A stretch of 64,000 bases of DNA from Eledone cirrhosa (lineage: Eukaryota). Position numbers and translations under genes: made by a program. The stretch is taken from positions 12,713-76,712 of the forward strand of contig CAXHJY010001715.1 in assembly GCA_964016885.1 (NCBI GenBank). The letters run 5' to 3'. The notes under the pieces were generated by a model. The model was not told the origin of the DNA, ran no database searches, and was given only the letters and a program-made list of their open reading frames with translations. Shown here one piece after another: positions 26,700 to 40,667 of this stretch (position 1 is its first letter; every line of letters begins with the position of its first letter).

Positions 26700-27729
26700 A
26701 TATAACAAAGGAAATGTGGTAAGGAACCAGGTGGACCATAACGCACCAAAGTACTCAATACTTAGGGTAGTAGAGTGGATAATAGGAACGAGTAGGACCC
26801 CGACGGCTGAGCTCAAGCCGTTTCGACGGCTAATTCTGGACTAAATGAAAATTTTTATCCTGGTATATGAATAGCCGAGCTTCTCAGGGGGAATTAATTT
26901 TCCATGTCAAATCTTTCATATATATCGTACGAGCATTTATGTAGTTTGTACTAGAATTTTTGTATCGTAGCGGCACCCTTAGAGATAGTATTAGTATTCA
27001 TTTTCGGAATTCTGAATTATTATTTCGTATTAGTTTATGTTTTGCACTGGGTAATTGCTGGCCTTGTGCCTAAAGTAGAAACAATTATTTTGTATTAGTT
27101 TCGGGACTCTGAATTATTATTTTGTGCTAGTTTCTTTAGTATTTTGGCCCCCCACTTGTTGACCTGTCACTGTAAGATATACTCAGTTGATTACTACTAA
27201 CTCATAAAATTGTCCCACTACAATTCCGTCCCACCTATTAAACTTTTCTGTAGTTTGGCAGTACCAGTGAGAGACTTGATGATTGTGGTTAGGGAATAGT
27301 AACCAGAAATTGTTTTATTATATTTTTAACATTCTTGGTATTCATCTATATATTTACTCCATATTGATTTACTTATTGTTTCGACTTCCTCCCCCTCCCC
27401 CTCCCTAGTATACTTGCTTGACCTCCTGCCCTTAGGATCCTGCTGTGGTTGGCACTATCAACGCACAACTGGGTTTCCTCCACTCCCTCTCCCTCTTTCT
27501 TCTACTGGCAGGTTCAGCTACCCCTTCCTTCCACAAATTGCCATGATAGAATTATGTGTCTCAACAACAAACTTTTGACCAATCCTTGTGACAATCACTT
27601 TTACCATATATGGAATTACCCCCTGAGAAGCTCGGCTATTCATATACCAGGATAAAAATTTTCATTTAGTCCAGAATTAGCCATCGAAACGGCTTGAGCT
27701 CAGCCATCGGGGTCCTACTCGTTCCTATA
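26700..27729. mobile_element. Penelope-like remnant bounded by ~115-bp inverted repeats carrying a hammerhead-like motif
   Basis: IR at 26782-26895 and 27614-27729; motif CCCC-CTGAGAA..stem..GAAAC-GGCTTGAGCTCAGCC-GTC-GGGG; inserted in (TA)n. Confidence 0.6.
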
Positions 27730-27825
27730 TATATATATATATATACATCTTATATATATATATATATAGATATATATAGATATATACATCTTATATATAT
27801 ATATATATACACATCTTATATATAT

Positions 27826-27869
<44 letters not shown>

Positions 27870-27875
27870 TTAGCT

Positions 27876-30695
27876 ATAAGCTTTTCTGGGTAGGTACGGA
27901 TGATGGTTTAGGGGAAGTAGGCATTTTCCTGGCTGAGAGATGGATCCATAAGACAATAGAGGTAGTTTGAGTTAGTAATTGAATAATTAAGCTTAGATTA
28001 GTTGTAGGCAGGAGACTACTGACAATCATCTCTGCCTATGCTCCCCAAGCAGGCCTAGGCAAAGATGAGGAAGACTGCTTTTATGAGCAACTTTTACAAA
28101 CAACAGCAATGACAGAGGACGGAGACATCGTTATGCTAGCAGGGGACTTCAATGGTCATGTTGGACAGCTCCAGGATGGTTACACTGGGGTACATGGTGG
28201 GCACGGTTACGGTTCAAGAAATGAAGAAGGAGTGAGACTTCTTGAATTTTGTGATGCAAGTACACTGACTATTTGCAACACAAACTTCCAGAAACCTGCC
28301 AACCACCTAATAACCTACAAATCTGGCGAGCACATAAGCCAGATTGACTTCTTACTAGTTAGGCAGCGGGACAGGCAGATAGTGTCTAATACCAAGGCAT
28401 ACCCTGGGGAAGAATGTACCCTACAGCATAGGTTAGTTGTTAGTGATCTCAGTAAGCAATAGATGGAATGAGACATACAGGAAGGTGTGAAGAAGAAAGG
28501 TCTGGAAGCTAAAAGACCTTTCACTAAAATACAAATTTAGGAAAGCCCTTCAAGATGTGAATGACGAAAAAGAAGAAGATTTAGTGACATATGACATAGA
28601 TAATAACTGGAATTTCTTACGTGACAACTTACTGCAGGTTACTGATGAAACTTGTGGCTGGAGCAGAGCTCCAACCTGACAGAGAGTGACCTGGTGGTGG
28701 AACAGCACAGTAGATAAGGCCATTAGAGACAAAAGACTAGCATGGAAGGCTTGGAAAAAGGGTGGGAGTAAGGAAGAATATACAGCTGCTAAGAGAGAAG
28801 CTAGACATCAGGTGTACTTAGCACGCAGGGAGGCTGAGAGTAGGAGGTTTGCCAATGTTCTGCGACAGGAAGATCAGAGGCGTGCGGTGTTCCACATTGC
28901 AAGGCAGTGTGTCAATGCAAATCAGGATGTTGTTGGAGATAAATGTGTCCGGAATGATGCCGATATACTTAGTTTCACGAAAGATCAGAAAAAGGAGGCC
29001 TGGAAATGTCATTATGAGAGACTGATGAATGTGGAGAACAAATGGGAGAGAGAGAAATTACCCACAGTAGATCCGACAGAGGGACCAGCTATTGAGATTG
29101 ACAAATATAGGGTCCAAGAGGCGATTAAGGAAATGAAAAATGGTAAGGCTGCTGGACCATCGGGAATAGTTGCTGAGATGCTGAAGGCATCAGGGGAAGT
29201 AGGCACTAAACTGGTTGCATACATCATCAATCAGGCTATATATGGTGGTGTCATACCCAAAGACTGGTGTAGCAGTATTCTCATAAATTGCTACAAAGGT
29301 AAAGGGGATGCTCTGGAGAGGAGCAATTATAGGGGTATAAAACTGATGGATCAGGTTATGAAAGTGGCAGAAAGGATATTAGCACAACTAATTAGAGAAA
29401 GGGTCAAACTAGATGAGATGCAGTTTGGTTTTATGCCTGGGAAGAGTACAACAGATGCCCTCTTCTTGGTGAGACAATTGCAAGAGAGGTTCTTAGGGAA
29501 AAATAAGCCACTATACTTAGCCTTTGTTGACCTAGAGAAGGCCTTTGATAGGGTACCCTGATCTGTCATCTGGTGGTCCCTAAGGAAACTAGGTGTTGGG
29601 GAATGGCTTGTGAAGACAGTGCAAACTTTGTACAGAAGTACTGTTAGTAAAGTCAGGGTAGGAATGGAGTCTAGTGAGGAATTCCAGATACAAGTAGGAG
29701 TACATCAAGGTTCGGTCCTCAGCCCGCTCTTGTTCATTATAGTCCTCCAAACCATAACAGAGGAGTTTAAGACTGGCTGTCCATGGGAACTACTCTATGC
29801 TGATGATCTGGTTCTTATAGCAGAATCAGTAGAGGAGCTAGAGAATAAATTCTGGCTATAGAAACAGCAGTTGGAAGCAAGGGAAATGGCCATGTTCGAT
29901 ATGTAGAAAAGGAACTGGCATAAATTCTATAAAATGCACACAATGCAGGTCCTGGGTACACAAGAGATGTAGTGGGATAGCAGGCAAGCTAACAGGTAGG
30001 GAGAAATATGTATGCAGTAGATGTACAGGGAAATTAGACAGTAGAAGTCGCATTGATAGACACATTTTTCAAATGCAGGCGGGTGCTATAGAAGTGGTGG
30101 ATAGCTTCCGGTACCTAGGAGATCAGATTAGCATGGGAGGGGAGTGTTCCGAGGCCATAGTATCTAGAATAAGGATGGGTTGGAAGAAGTTTAGGGAGCT
30201 GCATCTTCTGCTGACGAAGAAGGGTTTCTCCCTGCGTACGAAAGGCTGGTTATATGATGCCTGTGTGAGGAGCGTGATGCTGCATGGTAGTGAGACATGG
30301 GCAGCAACTGCAGAGGATATGCGATGGCTGGAGAGAAATGAGGCAAGCATGCTATGTTGGATGTGCAGTGTCAATGTGCGTGAACGGCCCAGCATGAATG
30401 TGTTGAGAGAGAAACTGTGTCTGAGAGGGATAGAATGTAGTGTATGGGAGAGGAGACTGAGGTGGTATGGACATGTGATGCGCATGGAGGATGACCGATG
30501 GGTGAAGAAGTGCCAGGAAATGCCAGTTGAAGGAAGACGTGGTAGAGGTAGACCATGAAAAACATGGGCGGAGGTGGTGAGAACAGACCTCAGATCGCTG
30601 AAGCTCACGGTGGAGATGATGAAGGACCGTGACAAGTGGAGAGATGCTGTGCTGAATAAGGTCCGTCCCACCCTTGCAAGCAGGGAGGAGCGGAC

Positions 30696-30737
<42 letters not shown>
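27876..30737 (+). mobile_element. RTE LINE family B, degenerate
   Basis: Highly similar to 13111-15993; stops and a deletion near 29880; (ATG)n tail. Confidence 0.95.
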
Positions 30738-30769
30738 ATATATATATATATATATATACATATATATAT

Positions 30770-31119
30770 GGAGGCACATGGCTTAGTGGTTAGAGCATTG
30801 GCCTTGCAATCGAAAGGTTGTGAGTTCAATTCTCAGACCGGGTGATGTGTTGTTTCCTTGAGCAAGACACTTTATTTCACATTGCTCCAGTTTACTCAAC
30901 TGTAGAAATGAGATGATAAGGACTGGGATCCCTATCATTCCACTGCAAAGTGGTCATGGAGGTGGCACGGCAAAAAAGCACCCAGCACTCACTGTAAATA
31001 AGGTTGGTGTTAGGAAGGGCATCCAGCTGTAGAAATCAAGTCAGAATCAGTTCCCGTCCCACCCTTGCAAGCAGGGAAAAGCGGACGTAAAATGATGATG
31101 ATGATGATGATGATGATGA
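30770..31119 (+). mobile_element. SINE family S2 with RTE-B tail
   Basis: Near-identical to 21571-21905. Confidence 0.9.
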
Positions 31120-31164
31120 TATATATATATATACATATACATACATACATGTATATATCATCAT

Positions 31165-31419
31165 TTCATCATCATTTCATTTTACGTCCACGTTTCCCTG
31201 CTTGCAAGGGTGGGACGGGAACTGCACTTTGCAGTGGAATGATAGGGATCCCTGGGGGATAGATGACTGGGTTCCCTATCATCTCATTTCTACAGCTGAG
31301 TAAACTGGAGCAATGTAAAATAAAGTGTCTTGCTCAAGGAAACAACACATCACCCGGTCTGAGAATTGAACTCACAACCTTTCGATTGCAATGCTCTAAC
31401 CACTAAGCCATGTGCCTCC
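31165..31419 (-). mobile_element. SINE family S2, short variant lacking the AGGAAGGGCATCC body
   Basis: Head and CORE-like part joined almost directly to the RTE-B tail; tail-to-tail with 30770-31119. Confidence 0.85.
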
Positions 31420-31476
31420 ATATATACATGTATATATATATGTGTATATATATATACACATATATATATACATGTA

Positions 31477-31508
<32 letters not shown>

Positions 31509-31526
31509 GATGTATGTATGTTTATG

Positions 31527-31566
<40 letters not shown>

Positions 31567-32504
31567 TATACATGTATGTATGTATATGTATTTATATATA
31601 TATATATATACATACACATATACACATATATGTTTGTGTGTGTGTGGAAAGTATATGGAAAAAACACAACCATCTAGTTTTAAAATGCCTGGATGAGACT
31701 TATAAAGAGAAGAGTTAAATTGTTTCAGACACAAAAAAACCTCCAAAAACATAAGGTTTACCTAATTCTTGTCTCAGTACCAACTGAGAAAATGTCACCG
31801 GTGGCAGATAGTAGTCCAAAAGTACTTGTTGGACATTTTCACTGACTACAAAGATAGAAGTGACATAATCACAGCTTAAAATATTCTTCGAAAGACTCTT
31901 CTATGTTTACTATACCTAAACATATTGTATATGCCTTCATATACACCTCAAATATATATATATATGTGTGTGTGTGTATGTGTGTGTCACAAGCCAAAAT
32001 GCTCTCTTTTATGTCATCCCCTCTAAATACACATGCATATATATATATATATACATTTATATGTACATACTTATATGCATACACACACATACACATCTAT
32101 ATATAAATTTGAGTGATTTCCATCTGTCCATCCATCACACAATGTGTGTGCATGTGTTTGTTTGTGTGAATGTATGTGTGTGTAAAAGAAAGGAAGGAGA
32201 TGGTGAAAAAACTATAGCAAAACAGCAGCTAGCATTTCTTTTGCTACGCTGTGTGTGGGTGTATTTGCGTTTTTGTGTAAATGTATGTGTGTATGTGTTT
32301 GTTTGAATGTATGTGTGTGTTTGTGTGAATGTATGTGTGTATGTTTGTTTGAATGTGTGTGTGTGTTTATGTAAATGTATGTGTGAATGTGTTTGTTTGA
32401 ATGTATGTGTGTATGTGTTTGTTTGAATGTATGTGTGTGTTTAGGTGAATGTATGTCTGTGAGTGTGTCTGTGTTTGCACATTTATATTTATATACTCAT
32501 ACAT

Positions 32505-32905
32505 ATGGATATGCAAAGGCTGGAGAGAAATGAAGCAAGCATTCTCCAATGGATGTGCAATGTCAATGTGCGTGAATGACCAAGCGTGGATGAGTTGACA
32601 GTGAAACTGTGTATAAGAGGAATAAACTCTAGTGTGCAGGAGAGTAGACTGCATTGGTATGGCCATGTGATACGCATGGAAGATGACTGCTGGGTGAAGA
32701 AATGCCAACAAATCCCAGCCGAAGGAAGATGCAGTAGAAGAAGACCACAAAAAACATGGGCGGAGGTGGTGAGAGCTGACTTCAGATCGCTGACGCTCAC
32801 AGAGGAGATGACGAAGGACCGTGACGAATGGAGAGATGCTGTGCTGAAGAGGACCCATCCTACCCTTCCAAGCAAGGAGAAGCAAACGTAAAGTGATGGT
32901 GATGA
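32505..32905 (+). mobile_element. RTE family B-like 3' fragment
   Basis: ORF 32586-32891 with RLHWYGHV..RRPQKTW..KDRDEWR; ATG-type tail. Confidence 0.88.
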
Positions 32906-33095
32906 TATAGATGTATGCATATGCACACACACACACACATGTGCCAGCATGTTGAAAAAATCCTAGTACATATGTATTTCCCAATACCTTTAACTCATTT
33001 CTGTATCAAACCACCTCTGGTTCAATGACACAAAGCTGTTCATTTTAAAATATTTGTATTTATCTAAAAATCTTCCATTATAATTCTATGTAAAA

Positions 33096-33284
33096 GGGTG
33101 GTGGATTGGCAGTATCGGTAGAGGGTTGGACGCCATGCTTTGCATCAAAGAGTTATGGCCCTTTATGGTCTGAGTTCAAATATAGCCGAGGTTAACTTTG
33201 CCTTTCATCTTTACGGGGTCGATAAAATAAAGTACCAGTAATACACTGATATAATTGCTAGCCTTGTGCCAAACGTAGAAACAA
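33096..33284 (+). mobile_element. SINE family S1
   Basis: Full copy with an ~18-bp TSD TTATAATTCTATGTAAAA. Confidence 0.9.
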
Positions 33285-33623
33285 TTATAATTCTATGTAA
33301 AAAAACCTTGTCATGTTCCAAACACCAACTTAATAATCATGAGGTTAATTATATTACAAATCTCTTACAAATTCTTGAATATTTTCAAAATTATTTGAAA
33401 ACTAGAAATATTGTATAATCAGCCATTATATATCTCATTTCCTCACTCCTACACTAAGCAACAGGTAAGCCAGTTTTTCTGCAAAATCTACATTTATCAG
33501 GTTTTTCTTCCAAGTCTGTTATTGTATAGGTATGAGTAATAGCATTCTCCAGTTGGTTTTACTCCTACACTCAAACTAAACACTATAGACATGTGTGTGG
33601 GCGCATGCATGTACGTGTGTGTG

Positions 33624-33655
<32 letters not shown>

Positions 33656-33897
33656 CTATTACATAAAAATTAATTAAATGGAATGACCAGTTCTCTCCAT
33701 TGGTGAACCACAGAACATAAATGAATATATATGTATACACATATATATATATTTATATATAAGTATGTCTATACACACAGAAACACACACATATATATAT
33801 ATATATAAACACATTTCATAGCAAGAAGAGCATACTTTAAAACCACTATGATGATGATATACAAACACATTCACCCACACACACTCAACTCCTACAC

Positions 33898-33953
<56 letters not shown>

Positions 33954-34041
33954 ACTCCTACACATGTATATATATCAACTCCTACACATGTATATATATC
34001 AACTCCTACATATGTATATATATATATATCAACTCCTACAC

Positions 34042-34086
<45 letters not shown>

Positions 34087-34089
<3 letters not shown>

Positions 34090-34252
34090 TCATCATCATC
34101 ATCATCGTTTAACGTCCATCTTCCACGCTAGCATGGGTTTGGACCGGAATTTTCCCACTTGAGGCAAGATTGGTTGTCTTGCTCGTATAGGACTGTCTGG
34201 CGGGTTTTCTACGGCTGGATGCCCTTCCTAACACAAACCACATTTACAGTGT
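34087..34252 (-). mobile_element. RTE-A 3' tail-only insertion (similar copies at 37265-37442 minus and 42842-42985 plus)
   Basis: Matches the last ~150 bp of the family A 3' UTR; in (TA)n. Confidence 0.8.
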
Positions 34253-34271
34253 ATATATATATGTATATATG

Positions 34272-34313
<42 letters not shown>

Positions 34314-34472
34314 ACACCTGCTAACATATATTTATCTGTCTATACATTCAAATGGAATAACTTATATTCTTTTATGTATGTATATATGTTCACACAAATG
34401 TATATATGTTGTTATACATCTGATAACATAAATTTGCCTATACTTTCAAATATGATCAATTATGTTTGTGTA

Positions 34473-34830
34473 TATCATCATCATCATCATCATCATCATC
34501 ACTGTTTTACGTCCATTCTTCCACGCTGGCATGGGTTAGATGGGTTGTCCTGTTGTGGGCAATGTCCGGTTGGCTGAGCTTGTCTTGCTCATACGGGAAC
34601 TGATTCTGGCTTGATTTCTACAGCTGGATGTCCTTCCTAATACCAACCTCATTTACAGTGAGTGCTGCGTGCTTTTTTGCCGTGACACCTCCTCGACCAC
34701 TTTGCAGTGGAATGATATGGACCCCAGTCCCTATCATCTCATTTCTACAGCTGAGTAAACTGGAGCAATGTGAAATAAAGTGTCTTGCTCAAGGAAACAA
34801 CACATCACCTGGTCCGAGATTTGAACTCAC
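34473..34830 (-). mobile_element. SINE family S2 with RTE-C 3' tail, 5'-truncated
   Basis: Same CORE and body as 21571, but the terminal ~90 bp match the RTE-C terminus at 45290-45395. Confidence 0.85.
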
Positions 34831-34899
34831 AATATATATGTGATAGATATAAAATATACAATATATGTGTGTGTATGTATATAGAGGAATGTATATATA

Positions 34900-35762
34900 T
34901 CATCATTATCATCAGCAGCAGCATTTAACGTCTATTTTCCATGCTAGTATTGGTTAGATGAGTTCTCCAGATGTGAGCCAAACCAGAGCAGATGACTGTG
35001 TCCTGCTCACACTGGACCGATTTGGGCTTGGTTTCTATGGCTGGATGCCCTTCCTAACACCAACTACATTTACAGTGTGTGTGCTGGGTGCTTTATATCG
35101 TCGCACCAAAATGACCACTTTAGAGTGTGGACTGGGTGTTTCTTATTGTGACACCTACATGATCACTTTACCGTGCGGACTGGGTGCTTTTTGTTGTGAC
35201 ACCTATGCAATCACTTTACAGTTTGGACTGGGTGCTCTTTGTTGTCACCTACATGATGACTTTACAGTGTGGACTGGGTGCTTTTTGTCATGACACCAGA
35301 AACGACCACTTTACAGTGAGGGGTGGGGACTTGGGTGAGGGAAGTGCATGGGGGTTGGAGAGGTATATTTAGTATGGGACACTTCTCAGGTGTGGATCAA
35401 CAGAGGGGTGTGAGGGTATTGGAGTTGTATAGAAAGGGGAGGTAAGGGAGACTACTGCATACTAGATGTATGCGTCAACCTGAGCACATGATAATGGTGG
35501 GGCTTCTGTATTACTGCATAACACCTGAAATCTTGATCCTGTGTCATTGCCTTTGAGAGGTGTAATTGTGTAAGGTCAGTTTTATAACCTCATTCCAAGT
35601 TTTCCTACTCCATAGCTTCCATCAGCTTTGAATGCCCTGCACCTTTTTATGCAGCTGTCATCCAGCATATGCATCACATGTCCATACCAACACAATCTCC
35701 TCTCCTGCACACTGCATATGATCCCTGTCATGCCCAGTTTCTCTGAGTTTATTTATGCTTTG
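34900..35762 (-). mobile_element. RTE 3' fragment (family D) whose 3' UTR has ~6 tandem ~41-bp units
   Basis: Thumb motif WYGHVM; repeats of CACTTTACAGTGTGGACTGGGTGC; AGGAAGGGCATCC motif; ATG-type tail. Confidence 0.8.
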
Positions 35763-35854
35763 CTGTATATATATATATATATGTACACGTACATATATGT
35801 ATAGATATATACATAAATAAATATATATATATCCACACACATATTTGATAATTC

Positions 35855-36390
35855 AGAAAGGGGTGAGCAGAAATTCCATTAGGTGCACTCTATGTAAACT
35901 ATGGACACACAAGAGATGTAATGGGATTGCAGGTAGGTTAACTGAAAAGACAGATTTTGCATGCAGCAGATGCACTGGGGAAGTGGGCACAAAGAGCACA
36001 CCTGAAATAAATTCCCACTGCTTCCAGGGGAACTCCATAGAAGTTGTTGACAGCTTTCACCACCTAGGCTATCCAATTAGCAGTGGGGGAAGTTGCGTCA
36101 AAAGTGTGATAGATAAAAGCAGACGGGAAGAGGTTTAGAGATCTATTATCATTGCTAACAACAAAATGTTTTTTTCTCAATGAAGGGTCAACTAATATAA
36201 TGCCTGTGTGTGAACTGTAATGTTATATAGCAGCAAAACATGGGCCTTGACTGCAGAAGACCTGCTAGAAAAAAATGAGTTGAGTATGCTCCTATGGTTG
36301 TGTAATATTGGTGTGCATGAGTGACATAGCATAAGCAAACAGAGAAAAACTTGGTATACGAGGAAATGGATTTAATGTGCAAGAGAAGAC
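35855..36390 (+). mobile_element. Old RTE RT fragment including the PHD finger
   Basis: KGVSRNSIRCTLCKLWTHKRCNGI..FACSRC..VDSFHHLG. Confidence 0.85.
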
Positions 36391-36780
36391 TTTGTTTGGC
36401 AAGCCTTCTGTGGCTGGATGCTCTTCCTATCACCAACAGTTTTGCAGCATGTATTGGTTGCATTAATTGTGTAGATCACCACCACTAGGGAAGCAATCAT
36501 GTCCTTGACATAACTAAAGTATCCTCCCAACCCTTTGTTTGGCAAGCTTTCTATGGCATGATGCTCTTCCTATCATCAACCACTTTACAGCATGTACTGT
36601 GTGCATTTATCATGTAGATTGCTAATACTAGAGAGGTTGTTGTGTCGTTGACACAACTAAAGGGTCCACTCAACCTTTTAAAGCATGGTTTCTACAGTGG
36701 GGTGCCCTTCCTGTCACCAACCACCCTTATGGTGTGTACTGGGTAAATTTTTGTGACACCATTACTACCACCCTCTCAGA
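36390..36780 (-). repeat. Three degenerate tandem copies of the AGGAAGGGCATCC domain
   Basis: TGGCTGGATGCTCTTCCTATCACCAAC-like motif at ~36410, ~36553 and ~36695. Confidence 0.6.
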
Positions 36781-37004
36781 TCTGGGAAGAGGGATGTAGG
36801 GATTTGGCAGGGCAATGCGCAAAGGGTAGGGGTGGCTGATTAGTCATGAGAATGTAGTGATATGAACGATGTGGTCAATATGGTGGGGGTGGAGGCATGA
36901 TGGAGAAACATTGTGTGAAATTTGAAATTTTTTGAGAAAATTAGAGGCATGATTTAATATTTTTTACAATAGCAAAATAGTCTAAATATGCCCTATTATT
37001 TAGG

Positions 37005-37185
37005 TGTTGCATTGGCAGTATTGGTAGAGGGTTGGATGCCATGCTTTGCAGCAAAGAGTTACGGCCCTTTATGGTTCAAATCCCGCCGATGTTAACTTTG
37101 CCTTTCATCCTTACAGGGTCGATAAAATAAAGTACCAGTAATACACTGGGATAATTGCTGGCCTTGTGCCAAAAATAGAAACAAT
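37005..37185 (+). mobile_element. SINE family S1
   Basis: Homologous to other S1 copies; TSD ATTATTTAGG. Confidence 0.85.
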
Positions 37186-37477
37186 TATTTAGGCTATTTT
37201 TCTATAGTAAAAAAATTTGATGATGCTCTCATAAATTTAATATATAAATGTATATATATATATATCATCATCATCATCATCATCTTCGTTTAACGTCCAT
37301 TTTCCACGCTAGCATGGGTTAGACGGGAGTTGTCCCACTTGAGGCAAGGTTGGTCGGGTGACCATGTCTCGCACATATAGGACTATCTGGCAGGTTTTCT
37401 ATGGCTGGATGCCCTTCCTAACACCAACCACATTTACAGTGTATATATATATATTTATACATATACATACTCACATA

Positions 37478-37535
<58 letters not shown>

Positions 37536-39361
37536 CACACACACACACACTAATACACACACATATATATACACTTAAAAGATGCAGAAGTCCTAAATGC
37601 AACTACTGTCGATTTCTATAAATAATAGCTCGGAAAATGGTGTGAGATATCCCTATAGATAGAAAATATTTACTTACACCTGTTACATATGATTGAACTT
37701 CATATCTTTCAAATTCCACCTATGTGTTCTAAATCATTGAACTAAATAGCCTTGGACAACAACTGCCATCTTGTAGAGATTGCTAAACAAACAGCTTGGG
37801 TGTAAACAACATTTTGAAAATAAACTATCAGTTAGATGGGGAAATTTGAAATTTCTAGAAAATGTAGAAATCCCAAATGCAGAAAATAATTGCAAGCCTC
37901 TGTCGATTGCTATAAATAATAGATGAAAAAAGGAGCCTATAAATAAAAGATGGAAAAAAGTAGCCCATAGCCACTGCAAAGAATCGAACTTCATACCTCT
38001 CAAATTCTGGCTGAGTGCTCTAAACTATTGAACACCAGTCCTACCACTTTACAATAGGGGTTGGGAGTATTTTATTGTGGCACCAGCATTACCACATTAC
38101 AATGTGAGCTGGGTACATTTTATTATGGAACCAACACACGTAAAGAAGTGTTGAGCCCCTGAAGTTGACGGAACCCATGGAAGAGGAATTCCTAGTAAAA
38201 CGTGGGTTGAAGTGTTGAAGATTAACATCAAGAAGATAGGTTTAGATTGAATTGTTTATTTTTTTTATTCAGTTATTCTACATATATTATATTGTATCAC
38301 TATAAATCTGATGTATTGGGGACTTTGCTAGATTCCTGCTTTAAAGATACATTTGTGATTATATTTTAAAAAAATATATCTATTAGCTGTGGGGAATCTG
38401 TGTTAGGAAATTCAACAAATAAACGTGGAATATTTAAATTATGTAAAGTTTTAACCAAATATTGGTACCTCCCATATTGTGACTGGCTTTGTTCTTGCAA
38501 GTGTATAAATCATTTTGGTAAATTCAAACTTTTATTATTTATTTGGCTGACAAAATTCCTTTGTTATTACAAAAAGGTAATTTTAAAATACATTCATCTG
38601 TTTGAGTGAAGTAAGTATGTATATGTGTGTGTGTTTGCTGTTTTCAAATATACATTATATACACAGTGAATCATGAAATGTTATATACCAGTGAACCTGT
38701 TTGATACTAAGCCACATGAAACTGCCCCTGGTTCTACAATACAAAACTGTTTATTTTAAAGTATTTGTATTTATCTAAAAACCTTCCAACATAATTTTAT
38801 ATTAGAACATTTGTTATGTTCCAAACCAACTTAGAAAGGAGAAAGTTAGTTATATTACAAATTCTCTCCAAATTCTCAATTATTAAAAAAATTATTTGGA
38901 ATGACGTACTATCTTTCATTAAAAAAGTGGTAAAGAAAGGGTTAGGGATGATGATGATAGTGGTGGTGATCCTGAAGGTGGTAGTGATGCTTGTGATGAC
39001 GATAATAATCCTGATGATGACACTCACCACAGCAACCACCAGTTGGTATTAATGATGACCCTACCTCCTCAAAATCTTTCTCTACAATCTCAGCTCATTG
39101 GCAGTTGAGTTGTGATCAGATAATCTGTAAACTGTTGACAGTATCTAAACATGATCAATTATCAACATTATCGACATTATTACCCCCCCCCCTCCCCATC
39201 ACCAATACCATGACCAACATAACCATTAGCATGAATATCACAAGTACCACCCTCACCACAGTCATTATTATCAACATCACCATTTCTGTTGCTATGATCA
39301 TCATCATTTCCCTATATATTGTCTACCTCTTTCTCTTTCACATATATATATATATATATGT

Positions 39362-40178
39362 ATCATCATCATCATCAACGTTTAACGTCCGTGTTCCACG
39401 CTTGCATGGGTTTGGACGGGGGTAGTCCCACTTGAGGCAAGAGTGATTGTCTTGCTCGCATAGGACTGTCTGGCAGGTTTTCTACAGTTGGATGCCCTTC
39501 CTAACACCAACCACATTTACAGTGTGGGTCTGGGAGGTTTTTACCGTGTTGCCTACACGGCCACATTACAGCGTGGACTGTGTGTTTTTTTGTCGTGACA
39601 CCTACACGATCGCATTTGTTTCGGCCTCGATGGCGCGGCACCAACATAACTTTACATAGAACGGGGTGGTGTGGATCGGGTGGGGGTGGTGGTGGTGGGA
39701 CGGGGTGTATTTTGTTAGAGATGCCTACTGGCTGGAGTAGGTTTTACTATATATTTAGGTAAGGCGGGTCTTCTCTGTTACTGAGTACCGCCAAAGGTCT
39801 CGGTCCAGTGACATTGTCTTGGAGAGGTGTAAGTGTGTGATGTCGGAGTTTATCAGCTCGTCCCAGGTTTTTCTAGGTCTGCCTATTCCGTGACTACCGT
39901 CTATCTTTATTGCCCTGCACTTTGTTATACAGCTATCGACTTTCATGCGCATCACGTGTCCATACCAACGTAGCCTTCTCTCGAGTAAACAACATCTGAT
40001 CCCTCTTATCTCTAATTTTTTCCTTAGTTCGTTTATGCTTTGCCGTTCACGTATATTACTGTTACACATCCAGCGGAGCATGCAAGCTTCGTTCCTCTCT
40101 AGTCTGCGTATATCCTCTGCACACAATGCCCAGGTCTCACTGCCATGCAGCATTGCTGTTCGTATGCAGGCATCGTAC
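39362..40178 (-). mobile_element. RTE LINE family A (young subtype), 3' fragment
   Basis: Near-identical to 48148-48960; ORF 39755-40180; in (TA)n. Confidence 0.95.
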
Positions 40179-40187
40179 ATATATGTA

Positions 40188-40254
<67 letters not shown>

Positions 40255-40350
40255 TAGGTAATTCCGAAGGAAAAGCAAAGGAAAAAAGAGTGCTCTATGT
40301 ATAGAGCAGAGCTATTTAATTAGAAAGTGAACAACACAAAATATAACTAC

Positions 40351-40416
40351 TCCATTACCAATGGTTTCTGGATCCCAGACAATAATAATATACGTCTGGA
40401 TCTGTCATCAGACAGA
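40351..40416 (-). ncRNA. Type I hammerhead ribozyme motif (GUA site)
   Basis: TCTGT-CTGATGA-c(AGATCCAGAC..GTCTGGGATCC)a-GAAACC-att-GGT-A-ATGGA; stems I, II and III can form. Confidence 0.6.
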
Positions 40417-40667
40417 TAACATCTCTGACTGATGACGGATCCAGACGTATATTATTATTGTCTGGGATCCAGAAACTTTTGGTAATGGAGTAGTTATATT
40501 TTGTGTTGTTCACTTTCTTTCATGTATACATCGCTATTTCAGAGCGCAAATCCTAATACTTAATTTTTGCTGGACCGGCAATCGCTCTGTATAATCAGCT
40601 CCTGATTATTACTGGCATTCTATAAGAATCCAGCTTCTATAATTTTCAACGGAAGAGGGCAGTATGT

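Noticed and set aside
31690-31900. Possible hammerhead on the minus strand (CTGAGAC..GTCT-GAAAC)
   Set aside because: Core and stem III are too degenerate to support.
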